Assembly: GCA_963675495.1 (NCBI GenBank)
Contig: OY776215.1
Span: forward strand, 1,952,001-2,016,000
Direction of reading: 5' to 3'
Length of the DNA: 64,000 nucleotides
Source of the DNA: an uncultured Methanolobus sp.
GTDB taxonomy: Archaea > Halobacteriota > Methanosarcinia > Methanosarcinales > Methanosarcinaceae
Below are positions 9,285 to 19,676 of this stretch, one piece after another (position 1 is the first letter of the stretch; each line of letters begins with the position of its first letter). The position numbers were made by a program, and so were the translations under genes. The notes under the pieces are model-generated. The model was not told the DNA's origin. It saw nothing but the letters and a program-made list of their open reading frames with translations, and ran no database searches.

Positions 9285-9944
9285 CTATTTACCAAATCGT
9301 CTCTGACGCTTTTGAAAATCCCTTATTATCCTGATTATATCCAGTTTCCTTACGTTGTACCAGTTGACATCAGTGAAGTAAAATTCGGAATAGACCGTTT
9401 GCCATATCAAAAAATCAGACAGGTGCTTTCCTCCTGAGCGAATGAATATGTCAGGTTCGTGTTTCATCACTAGGTGGGATTCGATATCCTTTTCGCTTAT
9501 TTCTGAGGCTTTGATCTTCCCTTCTTTTACATTTTTCAGTACGGAAATGACTGCATTTGTAACTTCCCTGCGTCCTCCAAAACCAACAGAAATATAGACC
9601 TGAAACCCTTCTCCTTCTTTTTTTGAGCAGCTTTCTCCGCTCTCTTCGTATATCTCGTATCCTATATCATTAGGTATTTTCAAAAGGATCTCGTTAAGTT
9701 TCGTGGTTAATTTTCCTATCATTTCAGATTTGAGCTTTTCCTCGGTGTCCAGTACATCGATGTAAATACTGGCTCTCTTTATTCCAAGCTGTTTGCACCA
9801 GAGGATATAATCCTTTATTTTCTTGAAACCGCCTTTTTCCAGCAGGTCTGTTTCAGAAAGTGCCAGAGAAACATGCTCAGGGCTGGGATACTTCGTGACC
9901 TGCTGTAGCAAATGCTTCTCATAGACGGAAGTTACAAAGCTCAT
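9285..9944 (-). CDS. cis-prenyltransferase family protein (UppS-like, probably Nus1/NgBR-type subunit)
   Basis: EPDIFIRSGG, LSDFLIWQ, C-terminal RRFGK; lacks the N-terminal DGNRR motif. Confidence 0.8.
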   Translation of the reverse strand: MSFVTSVYEKHLLQQVTKYPSPEHVSLALSETDLLEKGGFKKIKDYILWCKQLGIKRASIYIDVLDTEEKLKSEMIGKLTTKLNEILLKIPNDIGYEIYEESGESCSKKEGEGFQVYISVGFGGRREVTNAVISVLKNVKEGKIKASEISEKDIESHLVMKHEPDIFIRSGGKHLSDFLIWQTVYSEFYFTDVNWYNVRKLDIIRIIRDFQKRQRRFGK

Positions 9945-9971
9945 GTATTATCCTGGCACTTTATTTTGTTT

Positions 9972-11156
9972 TTATTTTGCAGTGGAAACTATCTTAACAA
10001 CATCCCCGTCGTTGAGTTCGTGCTTTTCTCCAAGTCGCATTTTTGTTTTCCCATCCACTGCATAGAGGAATCCTTCACCGATATCAGAATGGATCTTGTA
10101 GGCAAAATCATGGGCATTTGAACCTTTTTTCATGAGGAATGCATCAGGTAGCACTCTTCCATTCTTATCGGTCCATTTTCCTTCATCTTCTACAGGATAG
10201 ACGATTATGAGGTCAAGAAGCTCGAAAACAGCGTTGTTGATACATTTTTGTATGCCTGTGCCATCCATTTTCTGTATAAGGGTGCGTACGTTTTCCAGTC
10301 CTTTTCTCTGGGCTGCGTTGAGTTCTTCAGACTGGATGCTGAAGTCATTGTCTCCGGGTTCATATTTTATGGCCTGGCTCTTAGCTGCTGACCTAAGGGC
10401 AAGCTCTGCTGCCGCACTTGTGGCTACTACTATCTGGTCAAGTGCCTGTAGGTTAGTTACATTCTCCGGTGGCGCAACATCTGTTTTGTTGGCGGCGATT
10501 ATCATTGGTTTGCTCAGAATGCGGACCGCGTCACAGAAACTGATTATATCTTCATCGGACCATTTGGTAAGATGGTTCCTGTCCAGTTTGCATTTGTTAA
10601 GGGCGGCATTGACCTGTGGCTCATCCACTCCTGCCCCGGCAAGCTGGTCTGCAAGTATGTGCTCTATTGAGAGTCCTTCCGCCTGTATCTTGCGTGAGAG
10701 CTTGGTCCAGTTTCTCTTGACGATGCTATAGATCCACATGGTGAGTTCACGGTTGAGAAAATCAATGTCACCAAGTGGGTCGTGGTCTCCAATATCAACC
10801 GGATTACCTTCTATATCAGTGCCGCCTGAGGCATCGATCACGTGGATGATTGCCTGCGCCTGACGAAGATCATCGAGGAAGGTGTTGCCAAGCCCGCGCC
10901 CCTGATGCGCATCTGGTACAAGACCCGCAACGTCTATGAGTTCGATAGGGACGTAACGTATACCATCAGAACAGTTGCCACAGCGCTGATCACGGCTTAC
11001 GCAGGGGCACTCTGCCCTTACGTATGTTACTCCTTTGTTTGCATGAATGGTTGTAAATGGATAATTTGCTATCTCCACGTCTGCCAGTGTTGCAGCCTTG
11101 AAGAATGTGGATTTCCCTGCATTGGGTTTACCTGCAAGTCCTATTGTCATCGACAT
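9972..11156 (-). CDS. ychF: YchF/Ola1-family P-loop NTPase with TGS domain
   Basis: [26 protein letters not shown]-terminal TGS domain. Confidence 0.92.
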   Translation of the reverse strand: MSMTIGLAGKPNAGKSTFFKAATLADVEIANYPFTTIHANKGVTYVRAECPCVSRDQRCGNCSDGIRYVPIELIDVAGLVPDAHQGRGLGNTFLDDLRQAQAIIHVIDASGGTDIEGNPVDIGDHDPLGDIDFLNRELTMWIYSIVKRNWTKLSRKIQAEGLSIEHILADQLAGAGVDEPQVNAALNKCKLDRNHLTKWSDEDIISFCDAVRILSKPMIIAANKTDVAPPENVTNLQALDQIVVATSAAAELALRSAAKSQAIKYEPGDNDFSIQSEELNAAQRKGLENVRTLIQKMDGTGIQKCINNAVFELLDLIIVYPVEDEGKWTDKNGRVLPDAFLMKKGSNAHDFAYKIHSDIGEGFLYAVDGKTKMRLGEKHELNDGDVVKIVSTAK

Positions 11157-11289
11157 GATTAGTAATCACTTTTGAAGGATTTAACTGTTATTGATTGCAA
11201 GCCCTGAACCACTCCCTTTCCAAAGCTCAATTTCTCCATTCCATTGATAATCTTTATATTGGATTAATACGTTGGAGAGGGCACATAGC

Positions 11290-11361
11290 GTCTCGGTAGG
11301 GTAGAGGATATCCTTGGGGCTTGCGGAGCCTTAGACCCGAGTTCGATTCTCGGTCGGGACG
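11290..11361 (+). tRNA. tRNA-Arg(GCG), no encoded CCA
   Basis: Acceptor GTCTCGG/TCGGGAC; anticodon stem GGGGC/GCCTT with loop TT-GCG-GA; T-arm CCGAG-TTCGATT-CTCGG. Confidence 0.93.
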
Positions 11362-11638
11362 TAATTTTTTCTTTTCTAATTTTTACGCTATGGTGTTTGC
11401 TTTGCTTGGAATGAATGTTTAACATGTTCTCATAAAGTGGCTTTTCGATGTCGTCAATTTATGAGTGTGATAAAAATCCTATTATTAAACCATGAAGTTG
11501 ATACTACTCTATAAAACATGCCAGATCCTTCCCAATATTATCCTTTGATTAATTGAATTATATCACTATTGGTGAATATTTATTTGATAATTGGCCAACC
11601 CAAAAGCATATTTACACTCAAATTAAGATGCTTTTTAA

Positions 11639-12496
11639 ATGTCAGGACCTATAAGGTGTCATATTGAAAGTTTTTATTTAACATCTTTATTTTCTGCAAA
11701 ATGGAAAAAGAGTGACTGGTTATTTTATTTTGTATTTGTTCCAGCAGTTCTGGTTTTTATATTTTATCTTCCGGTCAGCCTGAAAGAAACATATTTCATC
11801 CTGTATCCTTCAAAGATAACACTGTATTCGCTTTTTCTCTCAAATTATGCGCATACTGATCTGACACATTTATCCGGAAACTTAGTCTCTTATCTGACAC
11901 TTTGTTTTTTGATTTTCAATCTTGAAACAAATAAACGTAACTTCTATGTGTACTCGATACTAATGTTTCTGGTTTTACCCTGGATAATATCAATTGTATC
12001 TATGAACATAATTGGCCCTAACACAACATATCAGGGTTTTTCAGGACCTGTCAGTTCGCTGTTCGGTTATCTGGCATATGTTGTATATAGATTCCTGAAG
12101 GAATATTGCTTAAAGAGCATTGATCTTACATTCCTTTTCCTGATAGTAATCATGAATCTCTTACTGGTCCTTGGTAATATTCACTCTCAACTATTCCAAT
12201 ACATATTCATAATTACATTTGCATTGATATTGGTCTATCTGCAAAAGGATCTAATCGTAGAAGTTATCAAGAAGAATTTAGATGTCAGGAATTGGTTGAG
12301 GTGTTTCCCTAATATCAAGCAATTGTACATCTTGGGATTACTCATTGGAACCTTAGATTACATATTGATACTGCCTGTTCTGGTTCCTCAGGAGATAATG
12401 AGCAACGGTGCTATTGTCAATTCTGTTGGTCACTATATAGGTTACTTTTTTGGGATTTTCGTCCCACTACTTATTTCTGTAATTTATGAAAAATAA
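11639..12496 (+). CDS. Rhomboid-like intramembrane serine protease
   Basis: H...HLSGNL, GFSG (GxSG) and GHYIGYFFG motifs in a polytopic membrane protein; AT-rich. Confidence 0.7.
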   Translation: MSGPIRCHIESFYLTSLFSAKWKKSDWLFYFVFVPAVLVFIFYLPVSLKETYFILYPSKITLYSLFLSNYAHTDLTHLSGNLVSYLTLCFLIFNLETNKRNFYVYSILMFLVLPWIISIVSMNIIGPNTTYQGFSGPVSSLFGYLAYVVYRFLKEYCLKSIDLTFLFLIVIMNLLLVLGNIHSQLFQYIFIITFALILVYLQKDLIVEVIKKNLDVRNWLRCFPNIKQLYILGLLIGTLDYILILPVLVPQEIMSNGAIVNSVGHYIGYFFGIFVPLLISVIYEK

Positions 12497-12637
12497 TCAT
12501 AAATCTGCAAACTGCAGGCTAACTACTATTATTCAAAAAAGAGATAGCCTGAATTTTCTTTTAGTAGATTGTCCTTGAATGATATTTAAGACATTGTGTG
12601 TGGATGAAATAGGATTAGAGTTTTTTTAAGGATGGTT

Positions 12638-12898
12638 CTATCCCAGTTGGTCTGCCAAATCCACTATAACAGCATCTCCAATAGTTTCTGACTGGATCTT
12701 AGCACCGGCTATTATAGAGATCACGCCTGAAATTAATTCATCCTTATTGCTTTTATATTCTAAAATAGGATCAGCCGTTTCACAAGATGACATAGCCATT
12801 ATGTATTCTTCACCCTCATATTCAGTAACATATAGTTGAATTATTTTATCAACGTTTATAAATGAACCATTCAGTGTCGTGATGTAGACTGTATACAT
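12638..12898 (-). CDS. Hypothetical protein
   Basis: 86-aa ORF with GGGGAGA RBS upstream. Confidence 0.6.
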   Translation of the reverse strand: MYTVYITTLNGSFINVDKIIQLYVTEYEGEEYIMAMSSCETADPILEYKSNKDELISGVISIIAGAKIQSETIGDAVIVDLADQLG

Positions 12899-13044
12899 TT
12901 GAATCTCCCCATTAACTATTATGTTATATATTAATTCATAAAGTTTGTCAATGGTTATGCTAGAGGTACGACTGAAAAAGGATTAATTTGCAAAATTAAC
13001 TAAGTGGTTATACAATTCATAAATAAAAAAGTAAGAAAGAGGGA

Positions 13045-13791
13045 TTATTCCTTCCTTCTCTGAAATACTAGAGCCAGTCCAATTATTGAAGCAGTAGGTA
13101 ACAAAACAGAAGGGAACTCCGGGATGCTTTGTTCTGGAACTTCTTCATCTGGATCAATCGTATTGATGGTATTCGAAATAAACCCGGCGTTAGAAATCAC
13201 GCCTGAAGGATAGTTGTTTATTGTGCCATCTCCATCGCCTGAAGTTGATGAAATTTCACCTGTGTTATTTATTGTTCCATAGTTATTAATAACAACATTG
13301 TTACAAATACCACCACTGTTATAAATTACTCCTGTAGCGTGATTTTCTATTGTAGCTGGATAGTCAATATCTATTCTCCTTGTGTTATTAAAAATACCGC
13401 AATTGTGGATTTCTCTCCAGAGCCATATACTGCCATTGTTTGTGAATGTACCATGGTTATAGAATTGTCCTTCCAATTCCATTCCTCCATAATTAGAAAC
13501 GTTCCCATATATGTAAAACCCACCAAAGCATTTGATATTACCACTGTTGGTTATTTCAACAATCCCACCTTGCTCGACTATAAGCTTGCCACCAGCAGCA
13601 ATCTCGAAGCCGTCACCGGTCTCTATTACAAGCGTTTCTCCAGGTGCAATAGCCAAGATATCACCGGATTTTATTTCAAAAATATCAGTGCTTCCAACAA
13701 CTTCTGGATTTGTCAGATTTGCTGCGTTGGCAGTGCCTGCAAAAGCAAATAATGTTGCCATCATTATTAAGAATAATATTGTTTTATTCAT
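13045..13791 (-). CDS. PEF-CTERM surface protein with Asn/Gly-rich beta-helix-like repeats
   Basis: Signal peptide, repeated I-x-N-x-G units, C-terminal IPEFPS + TM + RRKE. Confidence 0.85.
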   Translation of the reverse strand: MNKTILFLIMMATLFAFAGTANAANLTNPEVVGSTDIFEIKSGDILAIAPGETLVIETGDGFEIAAGGKLIVEQGGIVEITNSGNIKCFGGFYIYGNVSNYGGMELEGQFYNHGTFTNNGSIWLWREIHNCGIFNNTRRIDIDYPATIENHATGVIYNSGGICNNVVINNYGTINNTGEISSTSGDGDGTINNYPSGVISNAGFISNTINTIDPDEEVPEQSIPEFPSVLLPTASIIGLALVFQRRKE

Positions 13792-13976
13792 TTGTAACAC
13801 CGTTTAATGATTATTGAAACATTTTGTAGAGGCATGTCCCACTTATGAATAAAGCATCTTTTAACATGCATATTAATTTATCTAAATGACATTGTATTTT
13901 TTAAATGTAGACGTACACCTAAAAAAGTCGTGCTTGATTCGCCTTACTTATATACAATTTTTTCCATTCTACTATT

Positions 13977-14780
13977 ATGACCAATCCAGACATTGCCACG
14001 TACATCAAAGAAGCCGATATTATTGAAAAGATGTATATGGACTTGCTGGGCGGTACAACTCAAAAAAGGATGAAGCATATTGATGCTGGTTCTACGGGAT
14101 TGCCGAATGTAGAATACAGGATATGCGAGATAAATGCAAAGAACGAGATTTTGCAACGTGCTCTTTTGCAGAGGTACGAAGATTGGTATGAAAGCTGCCG
14201 GGAGCTTGTTCAGGAATATGCAGGTGCGGGCAGGACATCAAAGCATGAAAATCTTGCAGAGCTGAACCAAAAGATAGTAACTCTCATCAGTCTAAAAGAC
14301 CCTGTCGGCAACTCCAACGAGAAAAAACATCTAAGAAAAGTGTTCATCACCTGTTTTGATGCTCAGGTCAGTATACTCCACTCAATAGGACATCGTATCG
14401 TTTTAGCAAGGAACGATTGCCAGAGAAGTGTTACAGCAAATCTGGTGAATTCTGAACTTGAAGAAGCAGAAAGTCTGTATGAACAAGGGTCTGTTCGTCA
14501 TGCTGCTGTCATTGCCGGAAAAGCTCTTGAAAGCTACCTGAAGATGTTGTGTGAAGTGAATGAGGTTGAATTAAAGCCTGAGGACACGATGCCAACAATG
14601 ATTCAAAAAATTCATGAGTCCGAAAATGCTTACATGTTTGATGTGGGGATGCTGGGGACAATAGGACATCTTGCGGATTTAAGTGCTAAATGTGGGGGTC
14701 TTGATGAGGAGTTTCTGGAAGATAGTATAAGGGAATTGATCGACCAAACGAGGGAAATGATTATTTTGGGTTTTTGTTGA
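13977..14780 (+). CDS. Hypothetical protein with C-terminal HEPN/DUF4145-like helical domain
   Basis: LEEAESLY...AAVIAGKALESYLK resembles the first helices of HEPN domains. Confidence 0.55.
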   Translation: MTNPDIATYIKEADIIEKMYMDLLGGTTQKRMKHIDAGSTGLPNVEYRICEINAKNEILQRALLQRYEDWYESCRELVQEYAGAGRTSKHENLAELNQKIVTLISLKDPVGNSNEKKHLRKVFITCFDAQVSILHSIGHRIVLARNDCQRSVTANLVNSELEEAESLYEQGSVRHAAVIAGKALESYLKMLCEVNEVELKPEDTMPTMIQKIHESENAYMFDVGMLGTIGHLADLSAKCGGLDEEFLEDSIRELIDQTREMIILGFC

Positions 14781-14934
14781 ATTTAGTAACAGATTATCCC
14801 TATCTTCTATACGGCATCTATATATTCCTCAATACTTCCCCTCCCTTCCACTTATATAATTCTGAGCTAATATAATCTGGCAAGGATAAGTTCCTGTGTA
14901 CGGCTGAAAACAAATTCATACCAGTACAAGAAAT

Positions 14935-15816
14935 ATGGACGCGATAACCTTTGATGGCTCATGCACTCCTAATCCAGGTGGATGCATGGGGTTGGGTTGG
15001 GTTGTAACCTTGCAAAACAACTCTTTTTCAATACTTGGAAACGACCGGCTTGAAAAAGACACCAGTAATAACGCTCTTTTTGCAGAATATCTTGCTCTTA
15101 AAAAAGGAATGCTTGAATATGTCAAGGCTGATGGTCAGGGTCCACTGACCGTAATGGGTGACAGTCAGGCGGTAATTTACCAGATGCGTGGCATCTACAC
15201 GATAGTGGATAATGATATCTGGAACATCTATAAAGATATCACTAATATCATTAAACAGTACGAGCTGGACATTCATTTTCGCTGGGTTCCAAGGGTATAG
15301 AACAAGCAGGCTGACAAATTATCAAAGAGCAAAGAAAAGGTTCGCATTCTTTATCCGAATGACCGTGAGTTTCTCATCGATCTGAGCAGTGCACCAGTAT
15401 CTGGAAATCTCCGGCAGAAGATAGCTATGATGAACTGCACAGCGCTGCCTACAAACTCTATGTTCAGGCGTCTGCATACAGCTTCAAGGGATGTGTTGTC
15501 TACTAAAAGTTTATTTGAGCTTCAGACAATGGCCGGGGAAAAAGCCACGAAGCTGGTCGCTGAAACATTTCCTGGTAAAAAAGACAGAAATAAGCATCAT
15601 CGGGCACAGGCTTTAAGGTGGATGCTCAGGGGTCTGGCAATGGACCTATCAGTTCAGAAAGTCAAGTTCGATATATGGAACAAGAAACAGGTCAGTTGTA
15701 GTAGCTCTGGAAACGCTAATAAATCTACAAATAAGATGTCCCAATCAAGGAAAAAGACAGGACCATCAGGTGGTGGATCCAAGTACTATCTGAACAGAAG
15801 AACTTTTGCATTTTAA
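14935..15816 (+). CDS. rnhA: RNase HI domain fused to a basic C-terminal domain, with an in-frame TAG at 15298-15300 (pyrrolysine read-through or nonsense mutation)
   Basis: FDGS..PNPG, AEY and GDSQ motifs, then WVPRV-TAG-NKQADKLS; frame stays open to TAA at 15816. Confidence 0.75.
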
Positions 15817-16085
15817 TTTATTTCATCTTCTGATTTTTTTATTGGGATGTTTAACGGTTTTTTCGCAAAACCTGCTCTACTAATTATGACTAATATTTTA
15901 TCTTTAAAACATTATAAAAATATACGGTAAGCTTTAATAATTACTATGCTGATATGTTTCATCGTAGTAAGTAATCCAGTTTGGTGGTACCCAAATATGA
16001 GAGGTGATTTGCAAAAATTGATCTGTCAGTAAATTCGTTTTTTGATTTGGTTTATTTGATAATTCAAATGTGAAGTGGACTGAAA

Positions 16086-16382
16086 ATGACTTTTATAAAA
16101 GATATTATACCCGTATTGATCCTTTATGTTTTAGGGGATACTATCACAACAGTTTATGCGCTGCAAACAGGTTATTTTTATGAAGGCAACCCTATTCTAT
16201 TTGAAATATTCACGACATATGGTTACATTTCCCTGATACCTCTCAAAATAGCCTTCATGTTTCTCTTATATCATGTATACAGGAACGCAAACAGGTATTA
16301 CTGGAACATCACAAGGTATTCTGTATCATTTATTGGCTTTCTTGCAACTCTCAGCAACACACTGGCAGTTATTCATTCTTAA
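16086..16382 (+). CDS. Small membrane protein (DUF5658-like)
   Basis: GDTITT..AL...YEGNP motif, three hydrophobic helices. Confidence 0.7.
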   Translation: MTFIKDIIPVLILYVLGDTITTVYALQTGYFYEGNPILFEIFTTYGYISLIPLKIAFMFLLYHVYRNANRYYWNITRYSVSFIGFLATLSNTLAVIHS

Positions 16383-16730
16383 AGAACAAGGATCATATGA
16401 ATCAGTTTATATACTGTTCAGGTATGCCTGATATTCAGAAAAAAGAACACTCGGTCTAAGAGAAAGATAAGGTCATTAAGTGGGTGCCAGGTACTATCTG
16501 AAAAGGCGGATATTTTCCTTTTGACTTTCCTGTTCTTCTCTTTTTAGCTCCATTTTCGCTTTTCAATATTATCTCTTTTAATTAAGTATCGAAAAGATAC
16601 TTAATTAACACTGTTAACACCCTATATTTTGACAGTATTACACAATACTTAAATAGGTGTAAATTTCACACTTATATAGTACTTATGTTAAGTGGATTTA
16701 ACTTTATTTAATTTATACCGGGGTTGAAAC

Positions 16731-18272
16731 ATGAAACACAATTTTTACGTTGGGTTTTCCTGTTTGCTTGCTTGCTTGATAGCTTTGTCCTTTTCCTCTT
16801 CTGCCGCGTATCTGAACCATTCGTTCCTTACCGGCCCATACGAGGAAGGACCGGATGTGACTGCAGATTGTATTTCATGTCACTCCCAGCAGGCAGCAGA
16901 CATGCTGAATTCGACTCACTGGCTCTGGACAACGTGTTCAGAGTGTGGATGTGAGGAACAGTCACACGAAGGATTGGGTAAACGCACAGTGATAAATAAT
17001 TTCTGTGTAGCCATAGGTTCAAATGAACCACGATGCACTTCCTGTCACACAGGTTATGGCTGGGCGGACAAGACCTTTGACTTCACCAATGCATCGAACA
17101 TAGATTGCGTGGTCTGTCACGAGACAACAGGTACATACAAGAAAATACCCACAGGTGCAGGAGCTGTTGATCCTTCTGTTGATCTTGTAGCCGTAGCTCA
17201 GAGTATTGGAAGTCCGTCACGTGAGACATGTGGAGGTAGTTGCCACTTCTTCGGTGGTGGTGGTGACAACGTAAAGCACGGTGATATGTCATCTGCGCTA
17301 CTTGAGCCTTCAAGGGAGCTTGATGTTCACATGGGTGGTATGGATTTTGATTGTCAGAACTGTCACAAGACGACTGCACACAATGTCGCAGGTCGCTTTG
17401 CTGGTGTTCCGGGGTCTGAATGCAGGGTTTTGTGTTCTGATTGTCATGGAGACACGCCGCATCAGGGAGTTTTCAAAGAACGCCTTGACGGTCACTCAGA
17501 CTCTATTGCCTGTCAGACATGTCACGTACCCGCGTTTGCTCGTGAAGTGCCAACAAAGATGTACTGGGACTGGTCTAAAGCAGGGCAGGATCTTGATACG
17601 GTGCCTGTAGACGAATACGGTAAAGCCACTTACAACATGATGAAGGGTGAATTTATCTGGGGAATGAATGTAACTCCTACATATGCCTGGTTCAATGGCA
17701 GTTTTGATAAGTATTACCTTGGGGATGAAGTCGATCCTGATGGAATTACCGTTCTCACTGCTCCCCTGGGTGACAGGTATGATGCGGATTCCAAGATATA
17801 TCCATTCAAGATCCATCTTGCAAAACAGATAAGTGATGCACAGTACGATTACCTCATCATCCCTGATTTGTTTGGAGGGGAGGATGCCTACTGGGTCACA
17901 TATGACTGGGACAGGGCATCAAGGGCAGGTATGGAGTATGTAGATATGCCTTACAGCGGCCAGTATGAATTCGTTGAAACTTCATTGTATGAAAGCATAA
18001 ACCATGAAGTAGCACCTAAAGAAGGTGCCCTTCAATGTAAAGATTGCCACCTTGATGATGGTGCTATGGACTTCAGTGCTCTTGGTTATGAAGGTGATCC
18101 AATGATCGTTGGTGAAAGGATGGTGAGTGATGAAGAGCTCAAAGAAATTGAATCCATGGATACGATGTCAGAAGAAGCCGAATCTCAGGCAGCGGAACCC
18201 AGTCCCGGATTTGAACTGATTGTGGGATTGTTTTGTCTCTTTGCTGCTGTGATGTTTGGTAGACGTAAATAA
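16731..18272 (+). CDS. Octaheme c-type cytochrome, tetrathionate reductase (OTR) family, PGF-CTERM anchored
   Basis: 7 CxxCH plus 1 CxxxCH; GK..VINNFC, TKMYWDWSKAG and SKIYPFK motifs; signal peptide; C-terminal SPGF + TM + RRK. Confidence 0.9.
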   Translation: MKHNFYVGFSCLLACLIALSFSSSAAYLNHSFLTGPYEEGPDVTADCISCHSQQAADMLNSTHWLWTTCSECGCEEQSHEGLGKRTVINNFCVAIGSNEPRCTSCHTGYGWADKTFDFTNASNIDCVVCHETTGTYKKIPTGAGAVDPSVDLVAVAQSIGSPSRETCGGSCHFFGGGGDNVKHGDMSSALLEPSRELDVHMGGMDFDCQNCHKTTAHNVAGRFAGVPGSECRVLCSDCHGDTPHQGVFKERLDGHSDSIACQTCHVPAFAREVPTKMYWDWSKAGQDLDTVPVDEYGKATYNMMKGEFIWGMNVTPTYAWFNGSFDKYYLGDEVDPDGITVLTAPLGDRYDADSKIYPFKIHLAKQISDAQYDYLIIPDLFGGEDAYWVTYDWDRASRAGMEYVDMPYSGQYEFVETSLYESINHEVAPKEGALQCKDCHLDDGAMDFSALGYEGDPMIVGERMVSDEELKEIESMDTMSEEAESQAAEPSPGFELIVGLFCLFAAVMFGRRK

Positions 18273-18278
18273 AATAAG

Positions 18279-18304
18279 TTTGGTGTGTGATCGATCACAC
18301 CAAA
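18279..18304. terminator. Hairpin between convergent genes
   Basis: TTTGGTGTG-N8-CACACCAAA followed by a T-rich tract. Confidence 0.45.
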
Positions 18305-18349
18305 ATCTCATTTTTATTTTTCATATTAAATGTGTTAGTTCAGGCCAGT

Positions 18350-18646
18350 TCATACATTGCCGGCTATCATCAGCAAAGCGACAAACATTAGAATACCCAA
18401 CAGAAAGATCACTCCAAGTGCCAAAAAAATCTTTTTTCTTTGAGCTTCCTCCTCTGGTGTCATTGGCAAAGGGTTCGGATTGTACTTTTTTTCAAGAAAC
18501 GTTCCAATTCCTGCTCCAAGTACCAGGCCAATTGCCGGTCCTATAGCCATCATGCCTAACACCAGACCTATAGGAATCCCGAGGGGAAGGCCAATAACCA
18601 TGCCAATCGCCATAAAATAGCCCTTTTGATACCTTCTTTCCTGCAT
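18350..18646 (-). CDS. Small Gly-rich membrane protein
   Basis: GxxxG-rich TM helices. Confidence 0.7.
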   Translation of the reverse strand: MQERRYQKGYFMAIGMVIGLPLGIPIGLVLGMMAIGPAIGLVLGAGIGTFLEKKYNPNPLPMTPEEEAQRKKIFLALGVIFLLGILMFVALLMIAGNV

Positions 18647-18770
18647 AGTATCCCACTATCATTTTAATCTATAAATATTGGGCAGTGTAGAAAGTATTGA
18701 GAGAAAATATGCTGCAATGTGTAGGAAAAATATTATTGTAAAAAGGAAAAAAGAAGAAATGAGCTAAAAT

Positions 18771-19676
18771 TTACTTTTCCCTGCGTCCGAAAATAAATGC
18801 TATTCCGATGATTGCAATCATTGGTAGTGCAACAGTCGGAAACTCAGGTACTTCCTCCTTATTGTACAGGCCAGCATCAATCACTTCGTTGTATTCTCCT
18901 GGAGCGAGTGAGAAACATTTTGTATTTCCATTAGTTCCGGCATCACTGTCCTTAGCATCATCCGTTCCCTGTTCTGGTTCACTGAAGGAGTATTTAGAAG
19001 GATTTGTGAACACAAGATAATAGCTACCAGGGTTAAGATAAGTGAATTCGTAGAATCCTGTGCTGTTAGTTGTTGTATTTGCAACCCACTCTCCTTCACA
19101 GGTGTAAATTCCAACTGTGATGTTTGACATGCCGTTCTCTCCGTCATCCTGTTCTCCATTTAAGTTCAGGTCGTTCCATACGAAGTTACCTACACTTGCA
19201 GTTTCAGGCTCAGGTTCTTCATACATACCGGCATCCCATGTTCTATCATATTCAGATGAAGAAATGTATGTGAATATTGTCTTTCCGGTAGTTGTATTTG
19301 CATCACTGTCCTTAGTATCATCATTTCCCTGGTCCAGCGGGCTGAAAACAAATCCTGCAGGAAGTACAAATTCAACACAATAGTTTCTATTGCTAGCTAG
19401 ACTGAAATTATAATGTCCGGTTGAATCTGTTGTTGTGTTTTCCAGGTAAGCACCATCATTCTGATATAAATTTACAGTTACTCCTGCTATTCCCGGCTCA
19501 TCAGTTTCCTGTATGCCATTAGCGTTTAGATCTTCCCAGACCCAGTCACCAATATGGCAAGCTGAAGCCGTTAATGATAATGATATCAGAATTATTAAAG
19601 TACTCACTACTATTTTAGCAGTTTTCCGATAATAGCCCCCACTATTTATCTTTATTTCTATCATGTTATCCACCAT
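18771..19676 (-). CDS. PEF-CTERM surface protein with two SdrD B-like domains
   Basis: IGDWVWEDLNANGIQE and VGNFVWNDLNLNGEQD repeats, DSDA and DAG motifs, C-terminal VPEFPT + TM + RREK. Confidence 0.88.
   Translation of the reverse strand: MVDNMIEIKINSGGYYRKTAKIVVSTLIILISLSLTASACHIGDWVWEDLNANGIQETDEPGIAGVTVNLYQNDGAYLENTTTDSTGHYNFSLASNRNYCVEFVLPAGFVFSPLDQGNDDTKDSDANTTTGKTIFTYISSSEYDRTWDAGMYEEPEPETASVGNFVWNDLNLNGEQDDGENGMSNITVGIYTCEGEWVANTTTNSTGFYEFTYLNPGSYYLVFTNPSKYSFSEPEQGTDDAKDSDAGTNGNTKCFSLAPGEYNEVIDAGLYNKEEVPEFPTVALPMIAIIGIAFIFGRREK

Noticed and set aside
16001-16032. GAGGTGA RBS followed by a 7-codon TTG mini-ORF
   Set aside because: Poor RBS spacing and too short to support
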